64,000 bases of DNA from contig NC_043001.1 of NCBI RefSeq assembly GCF_006345805.1, positions 8,494,001-8,558,000 of the forward strand, given 5' to 3'. This DNA comes from Octopus sinensis (taxonomy: Eukaryota). Shown here piece after piece: positions 41,191 to 54,656 of this stretch (the stretch's first letter is position 1; each line of letters begins with the position of its first letter). The position numbers and the translations under genes were made by a program. The notes under the pieces are model-generated. The model searched no databases, was not told the DNA's origin, and saw only the letters and a list, made by a program, of their open reading frames with translations.

Positions 41191-41398
41191 GAGGCAAGCT
41201 GGCAGAAACGTTAGCATGCCGGGCGAAATACTCAGCGATATATCATCTGTCTACGTTCTGAGCTCAAATTACTGCGAGGTCGACTTTTCGTTTCATCCTT
41301 TCTGATTCGATAAATTAAAAAACCAGTTGCGTACTGGGGGGCAATCTAACCTAGTGGTCCCTCCCCCAAAAATGTCGAGCCTTGTGCTTAAAGTAGAA
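41191..41398 (+). mobile_element. SINE family B, diverged copy
   Basis: gaggcaagctggcagaaacgttagc...gaggtcgacttttcgtttcatcctt. Confidence 0.8.
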
Positions 41399-41762
41399 CA
41401 TACTATTAAGATACGAGGAAAACATGAAGACACAATACTCCTGCAAAGCCTAATGATGCAATGATTCAAAGAAATCGACCTATATTAAGTGCCTGTAGAA
41501 AGGCAAAGCTAATACACACATACAGTCACATATATATAAATATTAAATATCAGTTATTTATTAATTCTTTCTCAGAAACCGACGGCAGCGGTATTTCGTA
41601 CATGCAGTGCTCTTCTCTGGTTTTTATTTGCCGGACAGATTTGTTTGGGCTAAATGAATAAACCAACATATGTGGCCAAGCATTGAAGGAACAATTTCAT
41701 ACAAAGGGTCTCATATATATATATATATATATGTATGTATATATAAATACATACATACATAT

Positions 41763-41807
<45 letters not shown>

Positions 41808-41813
41808 ATATAA

Positions 41814-41917
<104 letters not shown>

Positions 41918-42275
41918 TAATTAAGGGTTAAATGCAACAAGTTGCTCAAAACCACATACCGAAAATATTAGAAATAGCAGCCAAAATTGATCACCATTTC
42001 CCCTTACCAGTAAAAAGTCTCCACAAACAAACAGAATTTGTAAGCTGTATATGGCAAAAAAGGCAGAAAATAACGAAATCCCAGCCTATGGATTAATTAT
42101 AGACGACTCGTTTCTGGATTAGAACCGAAGGTTCATTTCCTTGTCAATATAATATTTCCTATAGATCTAGAAATGCTAGGGGAAAAACTCACCCGTTACA
42201 GCAATACGACCAGCGACATCGGACGGTCTAACAGAACTGCTAGCATTCCTACACCTATATATATATATATATATA

Positions 42276-42560
42276 CCACCTTGATCATTTTGAACGACCA
42301 GTTTGTGGGGCGTCCATTTGACAACGCTGGTCACAGCACACTTTCCACTCCTCTCTCGATCGCGCCTTCTTAATTCACGTGGTCCCAATCACTTTCCTAA
42401 AATCGTAACTCCACCGTATGGAGGCTTTCTGGGTGGTCGTTTCTGCTCGTTCGGGTACTACTCGACAACAGTGCGGTTCCACCGATTATCGGTGAGCCGG
42501 GAAACGTTCCCAGCCCATCTAAGCTGCACGTATATTCTACGATGACATCTCTCACGTGTG

Positions 42561-42564
<4 letters not shown>
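42276..42564 (-). pseudogene. RTE-clade LINE 3' fragment flanked by (TA)n
   Basis: VQLRWAGNVSRLTDNRWNRTVVE*YPNEQKRPPRKPP...KARSREEWKVCC matches the RTE ORF C-terminal pattern. Confidence 0.8.
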
Positions 42565-42626
<62 letters not shown>

Positions 42627-43341
42627 TTGTATGGATGTATGCATGTATGTCTGTATGAATGTGTTTGTTCATGTGTGTAGATATATTTATACATCTATAT
42701 ATATAAAAGGACAAAAGAAAATGAAGCATTAATATATTACAACTACAAAATCCGTACCTATTGTTTCTCTGCCGCTCCGTTTCTGCCCACATTGCATGCA
42801 AAATATTGTGCGAAATGTAACGCAATATTTAACTCAGTTTTGTGGGCAGTAGCTCGCGCTCTTAACTACTACGCCATACATTATATTTGACAAAGCCTTA
42901 TAACCTCAAAAGAAGGAATTGAACACAAAACGATTTGCTAGCAAAGCAAACTTCACCGCACACCCATCTTAGTGTCCAGCAGACTACATACACACATATT
43001 CATATACAAGTGCATCACATACACACAGGTGTGTGGATACTTTCTATGCGTATCTTATTTCGTTTCTCCTCCCTTTCTCCCTCTATTCATATAAACCAAT
43101 TTTATAGCTGTCATTATTTCAGCAGTTTGTTACGACATGCTCCTGCAAAAAGTACTTCACACACACGCACACACAAACATACATCTTCATCATGATCATC
43201 ATCTTCATCATGAAAACTTTACAATTGGGAAAGTAAATTCTTCCCGTAAAGTTATCTAAATTTCAACAACAGTTGCATTCTCTCTACCTTTCCTCTATCT
43301 CTCTTTCTCTCTGTCTCTCTCCCTCGTTCATTCAGTATATA

Positions 43342-43439
<98 letters not shown>

Positions 43440-43498
43440 TATACATATATATATACATATATATATTCATATATATATATATATATATACATTATATA

Positions 43499-43530
<32 letters not shown>

Positions 43531-43588
43531 CATATAATATATACATATATATATATATACACATACATCTATATACATATATATATAG

Positions 43589-43656
<68 letters not shown>

Positions 43657-45001
43657 GCACGCACACAAGCGGTATTCTTTGAACAATTCTTTGATCAAAT
43701 TCCTACTGCAGCACCAAGTGCATCTCCCTGTGACTCAGATCTTCTCTGCATTCATGTTTGTGAGTTTACAATTGTGTTTGTATTCAGCAACATTTTTATA
43801 TTGTTGTTGTGTTCCGTTCCTTGTTTGCAGTCTTGTTTTTACTGTTTATTTTTTCTCTTGGTAAATTCATGTGCAATTTGATCTCCTTTACTTTGTTGAG
43901 CGCCGTTTATGGTTTCTATTATATGTGTGGTTTTATTCTCTAGTAATGGCTAGCAGCAGCATAAAATGGGGTTTATATGATTTGGTGTTATAATAAAGCT
44001 ATTGGTTATTTAATGACATATGCTGAGTTATTTTATTTGATGTCGATTGCGAAATGGTAGAACTCTTTTATATTGTTTGATGGTGATGTTTCCAGAGCAT
44101 GAATTATATGAAATCTGTTATTTTATTGTTTAGCTAATTTGTAGTGAACCTATTTTCCCGAACCTGTATTGTGTCAAATAGAATGGACTGTAGTAAATTA
44201 TTCGGCCTTATGAGTTAAGGGTCCAAATATTTCTGAGTTCACATTTTTCTGTCACCCACAGTGGGTCCAGAGAACAAATTTTCGTCTCGTGCATGTACAG
44301 CCAAACACTCTCACTTCCCTTCCAAATTTAGCTATCACATCAAGATTGGTCAAGTTCAATATGCCTGAATGTTTCTCTGCGTCTTATGTTTAGACTGTCT
44401 GAAATGCATAACCGTGGATTTTTAACCCTTTTTATGAGTAAACAAATTCCATCTCAATATATAATAACTCTGAAAATATATATAAAAAATAAGAGAACAG
44501 AAAATATTATACGCAAATATATAAAGGCAATGTAAAACTATTTGCAGCGAAATATAGAAACAGACCGTTCCGTGGTGAATGTACTTGAAGCATATTAACA
44601 AAAACACTATCTCTGGTTGTAGCTACTTGAAAACTAAATCGCCACAAACAACTACAAATAATGAATTGAGAAATGTTAATAATACCATATGTAGATTGTA
44701 CAAGCATCACATGCAAACATTTAACCAAGTTATCCCAAGATGCTAATAGATCCCTTGGAAGATATGATAGAACCGATAGATGTACCTGTTTAGTAATATT
44801 TGGAAAATCTGATGTGAAAGCGGATATGATTTTATATGTATCAAAAATGGCGTTTGAAAACATTTCCTAAATCATGCGTGACAGGAAAATGACAACTATA
44901 CCAAATGTAACGTTTTCAGTCGTAATAATCTAACACTGGAAGAAAAGGTCTTATGCTACGAAGAAAATCTTCAGCCTTACAGAAGTAACTCACAAATTGA
45001 C

Positions 45002-45084
<83 letters not shown>

Positions 45085-45089
45085 TATAT

Positions 45090-45280
45090 CAGTCGGAATG
45101 ATAATCATTAGCCACTATACATATTTTTTTCTCTCCTTGTTTTTTCTGTGTCCCTTTCTGTAGAAGAGCTTAGGCTCGAAACGTAAAAGAGTTTTTTCTA
45201 TTCCTGAGCGTTATACTAATACGTCTGTTTGTTTTGTACACCACCTGTCTTCGTCTTTTGTTAATTTCGTAAAAACTCCC

Positions 45281-45281
<1 letters not shown>
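45090..45281 (+). mobile_element. ~190 bp non-autonomous element with a minimal hammerhead-like motif (45154-45189)
   Basis: Homologous to 51954-52139 and flanked by (TA)n. The motif is CTTT-CTGTAGA-A-GAGC ttag GCTC-GAA-ACGT-A-AAAG. Confidence 0.75.
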
Positions 45282-45311
<30 letters not shown>

Positions 45312-45738
45312 TATATATATAATATATATGATTGATTGATTGATTCTAGTTTCAGCTCATGAACTGTGGCCATACTGTGGCACCGCCATATATATATACA
45401 TACACATAAAAGTTATGACTTAATATATGTATGTATGTATATATATGTTATGACTTAATCTACAATCTCCTATTGAACTGGCTGCACATCGCTATTTTCA
45501 TTTATTTCCATATTCATGAATAATAAAACAAGAACGAAAATAGTTTGATAGTTTGATATTAGGGAGAATACCTGTATAATTGTATCAAACTATGCTACTG
45601 GTGTCAATGGTTTTAAGAAGACTTAATCACGTTAAAAGAGAAGGGAAAATGAATTGAAATTAAATTAAATTGATATTTCATCATATCCGGTTATTTCGAA
45701 TAACTTGCGAAGAAAAGCCACACGAGCTTATTAGGGGA

Positions 45739-45951
45739 TTACTCTTTACTCCTTTACTCTTTTACTTGTTTCAGTAATTTGACTGCGGCCATGCTGGAGC
45801 ACCGCCTTTAGTCGAGCAAATCGACCCCGGGACTTATTCTATCAGTCTTTTCTGCCGAACCGCTAAGTGACGGAGACGTAAACACATCATCATCGGTTGT
45901 TAAGCAATGCTAGAGTGACAAACACAGACACACAAACATATATACACGCAT

Positions 45952-45988
<37 letters not shown>

Positions 45989-46155
45989 TACGACAGGCTT
46001 CTTTCAGTTTCCGTCTACCAAATCCACTCACAAGGCTTTGGTCGGCCCGAGTCATATAGCAGAAAACACCTGCCCAAGATGCCACGCAGTGGGACTGAAC
46101 CCAGAACCATGTGGTTGGTTAGCAAGCTACTTACGACACAGCCATTCCTGCGCCT
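45739..46155 (-). mobile_element. SINE family A, near-complete copy
   Basis: tRNA-like head at the right end and a (TTTACTC)n-like tail at the left end. Confidence 0.88.
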
Positions 46156-47377
46156 ATTATTACATCTATATTACATATTAAATCTATATTTTGAATCATG
46201 ATATATTTAACAGCGTATCATTATGTATGTGATGATAAACAATCATTCCAAAGTTTTAAGCATGTCTTTCACTTATGGTAGAAATAGCGTTGGAGTGAGT
46301 AAAGGGCCCTGTTTTACTCCCTGGGCCACTGGAAATGCAAACTATCCCAAATGAAGTTTCATCTACGTAAATCTGCGCGTATATCTCCACAAATTTCTCC
46401 GTGAATCTAAACGTTTTATACATGACCCGTTACTACGAACATTCTCCACCATAGAAAGCCTTTGTAAAACAATAAATAGAAAGGGAAACGTGACGCACTG
46501 TTGAAGAGGTTATTTCTGCTATATAGAAAATTGACACAAAAGATGAATCGAAACGCCGGTGCTCCTAGTCATACAAAACGCACCTACTAACTTACACACA
46601 TTCATATATATGTGCATAGATACACACATGCATTCATGCATACATACACATATGCACACATACATACATAAGTACAAGCATTGGTTACTCATATCCGTAC
46701 AAATGTATATATATTTGCACTTGTGAGTGTGCATAATGTATTGTATACTAAATTAGGCGTGCATAGATTAAATAAAACTTGAATCAAGTGAACTGTAACA
46801 TGTATGCTTCAGTGTCTTACCTCTGTATACACTCCTTTGAACGGTTGTGTAAGTTTCTTGGTTGTATACTCAATATTAAGAATATATGCATATAACTAGA
46901 CTTAACTTTTTATGGTAATTTTACATGGTTGGCTATGTAGATAATACTTCGTAGTTTCAAATAATTAATCACCTCTAGCAAAAATATTAACGGTTAGTGC
47001 ATCTCCATTTACATTTATTTAAATCCATTACAGGGGGAAATGTGGAAGAGGCTGAAGTAAACAGTCAGAAAAGTGATATGTATCAGTTTCTTTGGCACTT
47101 GACTGTAAGTGCCCATACTATTGTAAATACGCCCAGAGAACTGCTTGATATTAATCAGAAAGTCGGAACAGAAACAAATATTCATTTGATACTAACAAAA
47201 CGCTATTCGTCTAACTCTGAATCGATACAGACCAGCTGCAATTGATATCATATTAACATAGAATGTAACCAGAAGACTAGCCATACTATAAATTTGACTT
47301 CCGAAGATCGAAAAAGGAAATACAATTTGAACCTATGTTCATGAATAATATATATATACATATATACATATACAAAC

Positions 47378-47414
<37 letters not shown>

Positions 47415-47753
47415 TATATATATATATATATACACGTGCGTGTGTTTGTGTGCTTGTTTTTGCCTGAGTGTGTATCTGATGCATTGATACGATACTAAAA
47501 ATTATTCTGACACGAATCGCATATATTCCTGGTGGAAACACACACATCTCAATGAACACAGCACAACGCATTCATTCATAATAACGTGTACGTTGCATAC
47601 AAGTACAATATTCGATACTTATACACAATATATAACGAAAAAGTACATACACATTGTGTGTGTGTGTACTTTCTATTATATATGTATGTATGCAACATGC
47701 ACACCTATACACACACACATACACACACAAACATATATATGCATATACATATG

Positions 47754-47824
<71 letters not shown>

Positions 47825-47855
47825 TTACATCTATATCTATATCTTTAGCTATATC

Positions 47856-47887
<32 letters not shown>

Positions 47888-48045
47888 GTGTGTGTGTGTA
47901 TACATTTCTAGAAAGTAACAAAAGTGTTCAAGGACGGAAAGTTTACAGCATCGAACTGAAACAAGCTTATCTTTCTATCCATCTAGGTAGCTAGCTGCCT
48001 GTCTCTATGTATGTATGTATGTATGTATGTATGTATGTATGTATG

Positions 48046-48126
<81 letters not shown>

Positions 48127-48234
48127 GTCTATCTATCTATCTGTCTGTCTGTTTGCCTGGCTGTCTGTCTATGTCTCTATCTTTCTCTCTCTCTCTATCT
48201 ATCTATCTGTCTCTATCTATTTATTGCCGATTTT

Positions 48235-48652
48235 CATTCTCTTTTGCTGTGTCAGTCATTAGGTCGCAGCCATTCTGGAGCACCGACTGAAAGTATCTTC
48301 TTGTCGAATTTATCGACCTAAATACTTATGTTTTTTAGAACAAGATACTTATGCTATCGGTTTATTTTGCTGAACTGCTAAGTTATGGTTACATAAACAC
48401 ACAAGCATTTGTTATCAAGCGATGGTAGTGGGACAAACACAAGCACAAACACACATGCATATACACACACACGCACACTCGCACACATACACACGCACAT
48501 GATGGCCTTCTTACAGCTTCCATCTACCAAATTCGCTCAAAAGGATTCGACTGGCCTGGGGCTACATTAGGAGACACATGCTCAAGCTGCCACAAAGTGG
48601 GACCGAACTCAGAAACATGTTGTTGGGATGCAAGCTTCTTACCACACAATCA
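48235..48652 (-). mobile_element. SINE family A, old diverged copy
   Basis: Colinear with 45739-46155. Confidence 0.7.
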
Positions 48653-48661
48653 CAACTATAT

Positions 48662-48699
<38 letters not shown>

Positions 48700-48801
48700 C
48701 AAAATGAGAAAATGGAGAAATATATCTAAATCATTCATCAGTAATCAGATAATACCGAATCATATACTTTATTAAAACACTACACAAGAGCATTAAGATT
48801 A

Positions 48802-48848
<47 letters not shown>

Positions 48849-49398
48849 GTTTAAATATTTGTTGTGCAAGATTTTTTTATGTGAAGTCGTGTGTTGAAAC
48901 AGATATTGTTATATTTCGGAATGGTCATATTGCCAGTTTAGCCAATAAAAACACATGCACTATATATTTGGTGTTATTTTGCTTCAGTGATATTTATCTT
49001 TTACATTAATCTTATCTTATTTCGGCCAAAGTTCTTTCGTCACACTCCTGTGACCGCATCAGTGGTCCTTTGTTTTCTTCTCACTTACTTGTGTCTCTCC
49101 TTACTAACCGTCAGCCATTTTGTATTTCTATTGTATGTCTTCATTTGCGCATGCTTATATCTCTATGTGCGTCTATGTTTATTTAGTGTGTGTGAGGGGG
49201 ATGCCTGTAATATCTTCTGGTTATATACATTCTTGTAATTTGTATTGTTTTTGTTGTTGTTGCTTTTGTTCTAATTTTGTTCATGTGTTTACATCCACCC
49301 ATTATTATCATTACATATGCTTGTATGTATGTATAACAACAATATTAGTAATAATATTAGTAATAATAATAATAAATCTAATTGAAAAAAAAAAATTT

Positions 49399-49440
<42 letters not shown>

Positions 49441-49465
49441 CATACATACATATATATTATATACA

Positions 49466-49481
49466 CTATATATACATATAC

Positions 49482-49512
<31 letters not shown>

Positions 49513-49966
49513 TATACACACATACATGCACATATACATATATATAGTTATTCATTTCTATTTCTTTAATTATCTGTGTATTTATTATGTTTGCAGGATC
49601 CACTATCGTCATATGTTGTGGGTGTGCGCTATTGCTCCATTCTAGTTTTCTATTCAGGCTAGGTTTATTTTCTATTATATGTGTAGCTTCTGTAATTTGT
49701 CTAATTGTTGCATCTGTTCTATGTGTGGACAATATCTTAATCTCTATGTTATTGATTGATCCCCCGTGTTCTTGTTCAGCGTGTTGGTACAGAATCGATG
49801 AGCTTTTACCTTCCTTGAGTTGTCTCCAATGTTCATTCACCCGCTCACCAATGCTTCTTGCTGTTTCCCCTACGTATGTTACTGTCTTGTTACTGCATCG
49901 TCCCTCTATACATCTTATACTATAGACCACATTTCTGGCTTTACAGTTTGTTTGTGGGCTAAATCT
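49466..49966 (-). pseudogene. Inverted duplicate of the GIY-YIG coding end of PLE-2
   Basis: Track ORF 49466..49930 encodes the same GIY-YIG without the 50387 frameshift but runs past the stop into the microsatellite. Confidence 0.88.
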
Positions 49967-49967
49967 T

Positions 49968-50604
49968 TGCCCACTCTATAGGAACAAGTCATGGAACACT
50001 ATAGAAAGGACAAAAAAGAAAATAGGGAAGGCCAACTCTTGGTATGATAGCCATAAATACCAGAGTGTCATGTTCGTTGACACCACCCCTGGAGGTGAAC
50101 TTGCGTACCGCTTTAGAAGGACCCTAGATAAACTTAAACTAAGAATTAAGGTTGTTGAAAAGCCAGGCAACCCTATCAGATCTATAATTGGTAGAAGCTA
50201 TCCTTTTAGTAGAACTCTCTGTACGGATAACTATTGCACTGTATGTAGATTTAGCCCACAAACAAACTGTAAAGCCAGAAATGTGGTCTATAGTATAAGA
50301 TGTATAGAGGGACGATGCAGTAACAAGACAGTAACATACGTAGGGGAAACAGCAAGAAGCATTGGTGAGCGGGTGAATGAACATTGGGAGACAACTCAAG
50401 GAAGGTAAAAGCTCATCGATTCTGTACCAACACGCTGAACAAGAACACGGGGGATCAATCAATAACATAGAGATTAAGATATTGTCCACACATAGAACAG
50501 ATGCAACAATTAGACAAATTACAGAAGCTACACATATAATAGAAAATAAACCTAGCCTGAATAGAAAACTAGAATGGAGCAATAGCGCACACGACAACAT
50601 ATGA
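49968..50604 (+). CDS. PLE linker + GIY-YIG endonuclease fragment (1 nt frameshift near 50387)
   Basis: CPLYRNKSW...[13 protein letters not shown]...CTVC...[13 protein letters not shown]...[17 protein letters not shown]...[10 protein letters not shown]...RQITEA..I...[10 protein letters not shown]. Confidence 0.9.
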
Positions 50605-50700
50605 CGATAGTGGATCCTGCAAACATAATAAATACACAGATAATTAAAGAAATAGAAATGAATAACTGTATATATGTATATGTGTACGTATGTGTGTATA

Positions 50701-50743
<43 letters not shown>

Positions 50744-51323
50744 ATGTGTATATATATATATGTATGTATGTATATGTATATATATATATATATTTTTTTT
50801 TTTTTTCAATTAGATTTATTATTATTATTACTAATATTATTACTAATATTGTTGTTATACATACATACAAGCATATGTAATGATAATAATGGGTGGATGT
50901 AAACACATGAACAAAATTAGAACAAAAGCAACAACAACAAAAACAAAATACAAATTACAAGAATGTATATAACCAGAAGATACAAATATTACAGGCATCC
51001 CCCTCACACACACACTAAATAAACATAGACGCACATAGAGATATAAGCATGCGCAAATGAAGACATACAATAGAAATACAAAATGGCTGACGGTTAGTAA
51101 GGAGAGACACAAGTAAGTGAGAAGAAAACAAAGGACCACTGATGCGGTCACAGGAGTGTGACGAAGAACTTTGGCCGAAAAATTAAGATTAATGTAAAAA
51201 ATAAATATCACTGAAGCAAAATAACACCAAATATATAGTGCATGTGTTTTTATTGGCTAAACTGGCAATATGACCATTCCGAAATATAACAATATATATA
51301 TATTATATATATATATTATATAT

Positions 51324-51378
<55 letters not shown>

Positions 51379-51467
51379 ATATATATATATATATAAAGAT
51401 AGATAGATAGATATATATTATATATATATATATAGATAGATGATAGATAGATGATGAGTAGATAGAT

Positions 51468-51528
<61 letters not shown>

Positions 51529-51953
51529 CAGCCATTAAGAGTCTTGGTTAGAGGTGCAACGTGTGTGGGAATCTTAGAGGTGATAGGTTTAATACTCATT
51601 TATACATAAGCTTCAACCTGTTTTGTATTGACAATGTATAAGATTAATATACATTTGCATCGACAGTGTGTGCATATATGAAAATTCATATGTAACGAAG
51701 TCACTGAATGTCTTAATAAGAAAAGGTCCTCATATAATCTGTATCCGAAATATTGTGAGTAAGGGAGCCAAAACTCACCCCACTTTTGTAAAGCCAGTGC
51801 ACCATCGTTCCTAGATCTTTACCCTTCATCTGCTTTTGACACCTGCCTGCTAGTGATCATCTTGCCAAGCTGGATGATAATGTGTGGTTAACCAGCTGGA
51901 AACAAACGCTATTCCTGGGGTTACAATGTAATAACATAGTTCTTTATAGAATA

Positions 51954-52139
51954 GGGAAAGTTTATAAAGAAAACAAAAGACGAAGACAGGTGGTGTACAA
52001 AACAAACAGATGTATTAGTATAACGCTCAGGAATAGAAAAAAATCTTTTACGTTTCGAGCCTACGCTCTTCCACAGAAGGGACAGAGAAAAAACAAGTAG
52101 AGAAAAAATGTGTGTAGTGGCTAACGATCTATCATGGCG
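51954..52139 (-). mobile_element. Second copy of the 190 bp hammerhead-like element, with 13 bp TSD
   Basis: TCTTTATAGAATA at 51941-51953 and 52140-52152. The motif CTGTGGA-A-GAGC gtag GCTC-GAAACGTA is at 52045-52080. Confidence 0.8.
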
Positions 52140-52261
52140 TCTTTATAGAATAAATATGTTTTAGTGGGTAAAATGAAAACGTTACCGTCAAGTATAGTTA
52201 CTATACAAGATATGATAACTAGCTACTTTGATCCGCAGAAAATTACCAAATTGTTTTCAGA

Positions 52262-52690
52262 GTCTTGGCTGTGTAGTTAAGTAGCTCACTTACAAGCAAG
52301 TGGTTTCACGTTGAGTCTCTGGGCAAATATCTTCTACTATTGATTCGAGTTGACCAATAATTTGTGAATTAATTGGCTGCACAGAAAATGAGCGGATGTC
52401 TCAGTGCACACGTGTGCGAGTGTTTGTTTGTTGGTTTTATATATGCGTGTGTGTTTATGTGTGTTTGTGTGTGTGTGTATGTTTGTATATGTATTAGCCC
52501 CACTGCATGGAAATATACTTTGGTTAGCTGATGATTATGCAGCATAGTGATTCAGTAAAGTTGAGCGCTAGAAAAGTACGAGATGGGATCGAAGAGCAAT
52601 TGATTTGTCTGATTAAAACCTGCACGGCAGTGCCGAGGCATTGCCGCATCCCCGATGGCTGAAACGATAAAAAGAGAGTAGAATAGAAAG
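52262..52690 (+). mobile_element. SINE family A, highly diverged copy
   Basis: ggctgtgtagttaagtagct...gggcaaatatcttctactat head and ...ggctgaaacgataaaaag tail. Confidence 0.55.
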
Positions 52691-52801
52691 CAAGCCACAG
52701 TCGCATACGTTTACAAGCAAAATCACGCAGTCAATCAGTCAGAAGGCAGGTGCAATAAGGTTTAGGCTATTTTGGTGAGGGAAGTGTTTGTTGGTCTAAA
52801 G

Positions 52802-53008
52802 CAAGGGTGGGCAAACTTTTTTGATCGCGGGCCGCACAGTGCGTCTTTGGAACCTTGGCGGGCCTCATTTATAAAAATCAAGTGAAAATATCTTTAAAGG
52901 CGGTTATAGACCTATAAACACACAATTGATTGAAAGGAAATTTTGTGAAATATTCCTCTCGGCGGGCCGCATGAAAACCTATGGCGGGCCGTAGTTTGCC
53001 CACCACTG
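52802..53008. mobile_element. hAT (Charlie-like) MITE
   Basis: TIRs CAAGGGTGGGCAAACT / AGTTTGCCCACCACTG with a perfect 8 bp TSD GTCTAAAG at 52794-52801 and 53009-53016. Confidence 0.9.
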
Positions 53009-54326
53009 GTCTAAAGTAATGCTCTCGTCTCTGTATGTATCCTGCTGTTATTAAACTCACTTGTACGCTTCTAAGTGGAAATTATTAAGGCATTCCCCTC
53101 GCTAAACTAATAGCATTGGATTTATATTAGCGTTGTATAGTATGAATTATATATATATATATATATGTATGTACGTATGTATGTATGTATGTATGTATGT
53201 ATATATGTATGTATGTGTGTATGTATGCATGCATGTATGTGTGAGTGTGTGTATGTATGTATGTATGTATGGATGGATGGATGGATGGATGGATGGATGG
53301 ATAGATGGATGTATTTATGTATATATGTATGTATAAGTAAATAGCGGTAAACAAAGGATAATTCATTATTCCATTTAAATGTATGTATGTATATATATTG
53401 TTTGACTACAGCAATGCTGGAATACCGCCTTTAGTCGAACAACTCGATCCCCGGACATCTCGTACTTATATATGTATATATATATTTCAATATACATATA
53501 TGTACGCATATTATATAAATATATATATATATATTTTTATATATACAGATGTCCAGTGTAATCCATAGACAGGAGTGGTGCAGCTGAAGTGTACGAGAGT
53601 AGAAAATTCACGTAGAGAATCTGTAAAAGTTCGTTCGGTGATGAGAGGAGACAGGATCATCATCATCATCATCATCATCATCGTCGTCGTCATCATCATG
53701 TATATGCATGCATATATCCCCTTTCCCTCTACTAAGCTCAAATGGTAAGCACGACCCCACAACTACATTTTGCACATATAGAAATCTCACATCATCTTCC
53801 CACCACTCTTGCACATCACTCCTTTTATTTATCTCTAACTACACCTACTTAACTTACACTCCTATCAAAGCATTGACACTCTCTCACAGCCTCCCCTAGC
53901 AGCCGCCTTTATCTTCCCGTATTCTGCCTGTATCTTCCCTCGCTTATTGAGCGTTTGCCCTAGATCCCAAGAATACTTTCCTGTTATATACTTCAGCCAT
54001 GTACCCCATCGATAGTAAAAAACAAGAACTGGTTTTTATGTCAAATTTCAGCCTTTCTGCAAGAACTGGCGTAAAACCACCCACCTTCACATTCCTCTCC
54101 CGAATACTTCAATTTGATATCGGGAAATTTGTACCCTTCCTTTTTTTCTGTTCTTAGATAAGTTGCAGTCTAAATGACATAACAACGTCACATGTGTTTG
54201 TGGCGCGGAAGGTGTACTATAAGAGCAGTAGCGGTAGAAAGGGCATCCAGCCGTAGAAAATACTGCAAAGAAGTTACTGCAGTCTCAGGTGCATTGTAGA
54301 TACCGTTAAATGATGGTATTTAAATG

Positions 54327-54369
<43 letters not shown>

Positions 54370-54624
54370 TATATATATAATATATATATATATATATTAT
54401 ATATATATATATTATATATTATATATATATATACATATATATATAGGCTGTTCTGAAAGGTTGCGCTGGCATTAAGAGTCTTGGTTAGAGGTGCAACGTG
54501 TGTGGGAATCTTAGAGGTGATAGGTTTAATAGTTCAATAATTAACTTGTCCTCCTATTACCCAACCCCAGGAACTTTACAGTACCCCATCATATCTGTCT
54601 GAATATATATATATATATATATAT

Positions 54625-54656
<32 letters not shown>

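Larger units (their letters stand above)
48848..51295 (+). mobile_element. Penelope-like retroelement (PLE-2): inverted 3' copy (48848-49966) joined to direct 5'-truncated copy (49967-51295)
   Basis: About 1.05 kb of near-identical inverted sequence covering the GIY-YIG coding end and 3' UTR; (TA)n at both outer ends. Confidence 0.9.

Noticed and set aside
49024-49068. Hammerhead in the PLE-2 terminal repeat (CTGATGC-GGTC...GGCC-GAAA, also 51139-51180)
   Set aside because: A9 is C, stems I and III cannot be closed convincingly, and the two copies differ right after GAAA. At best a decayed ribozyme.
53590-54300. Distinct element around the (CAT)n tract
   Set aside because: It looks like old LINE/SINE debris, but I could not recover motifs or boundaries.
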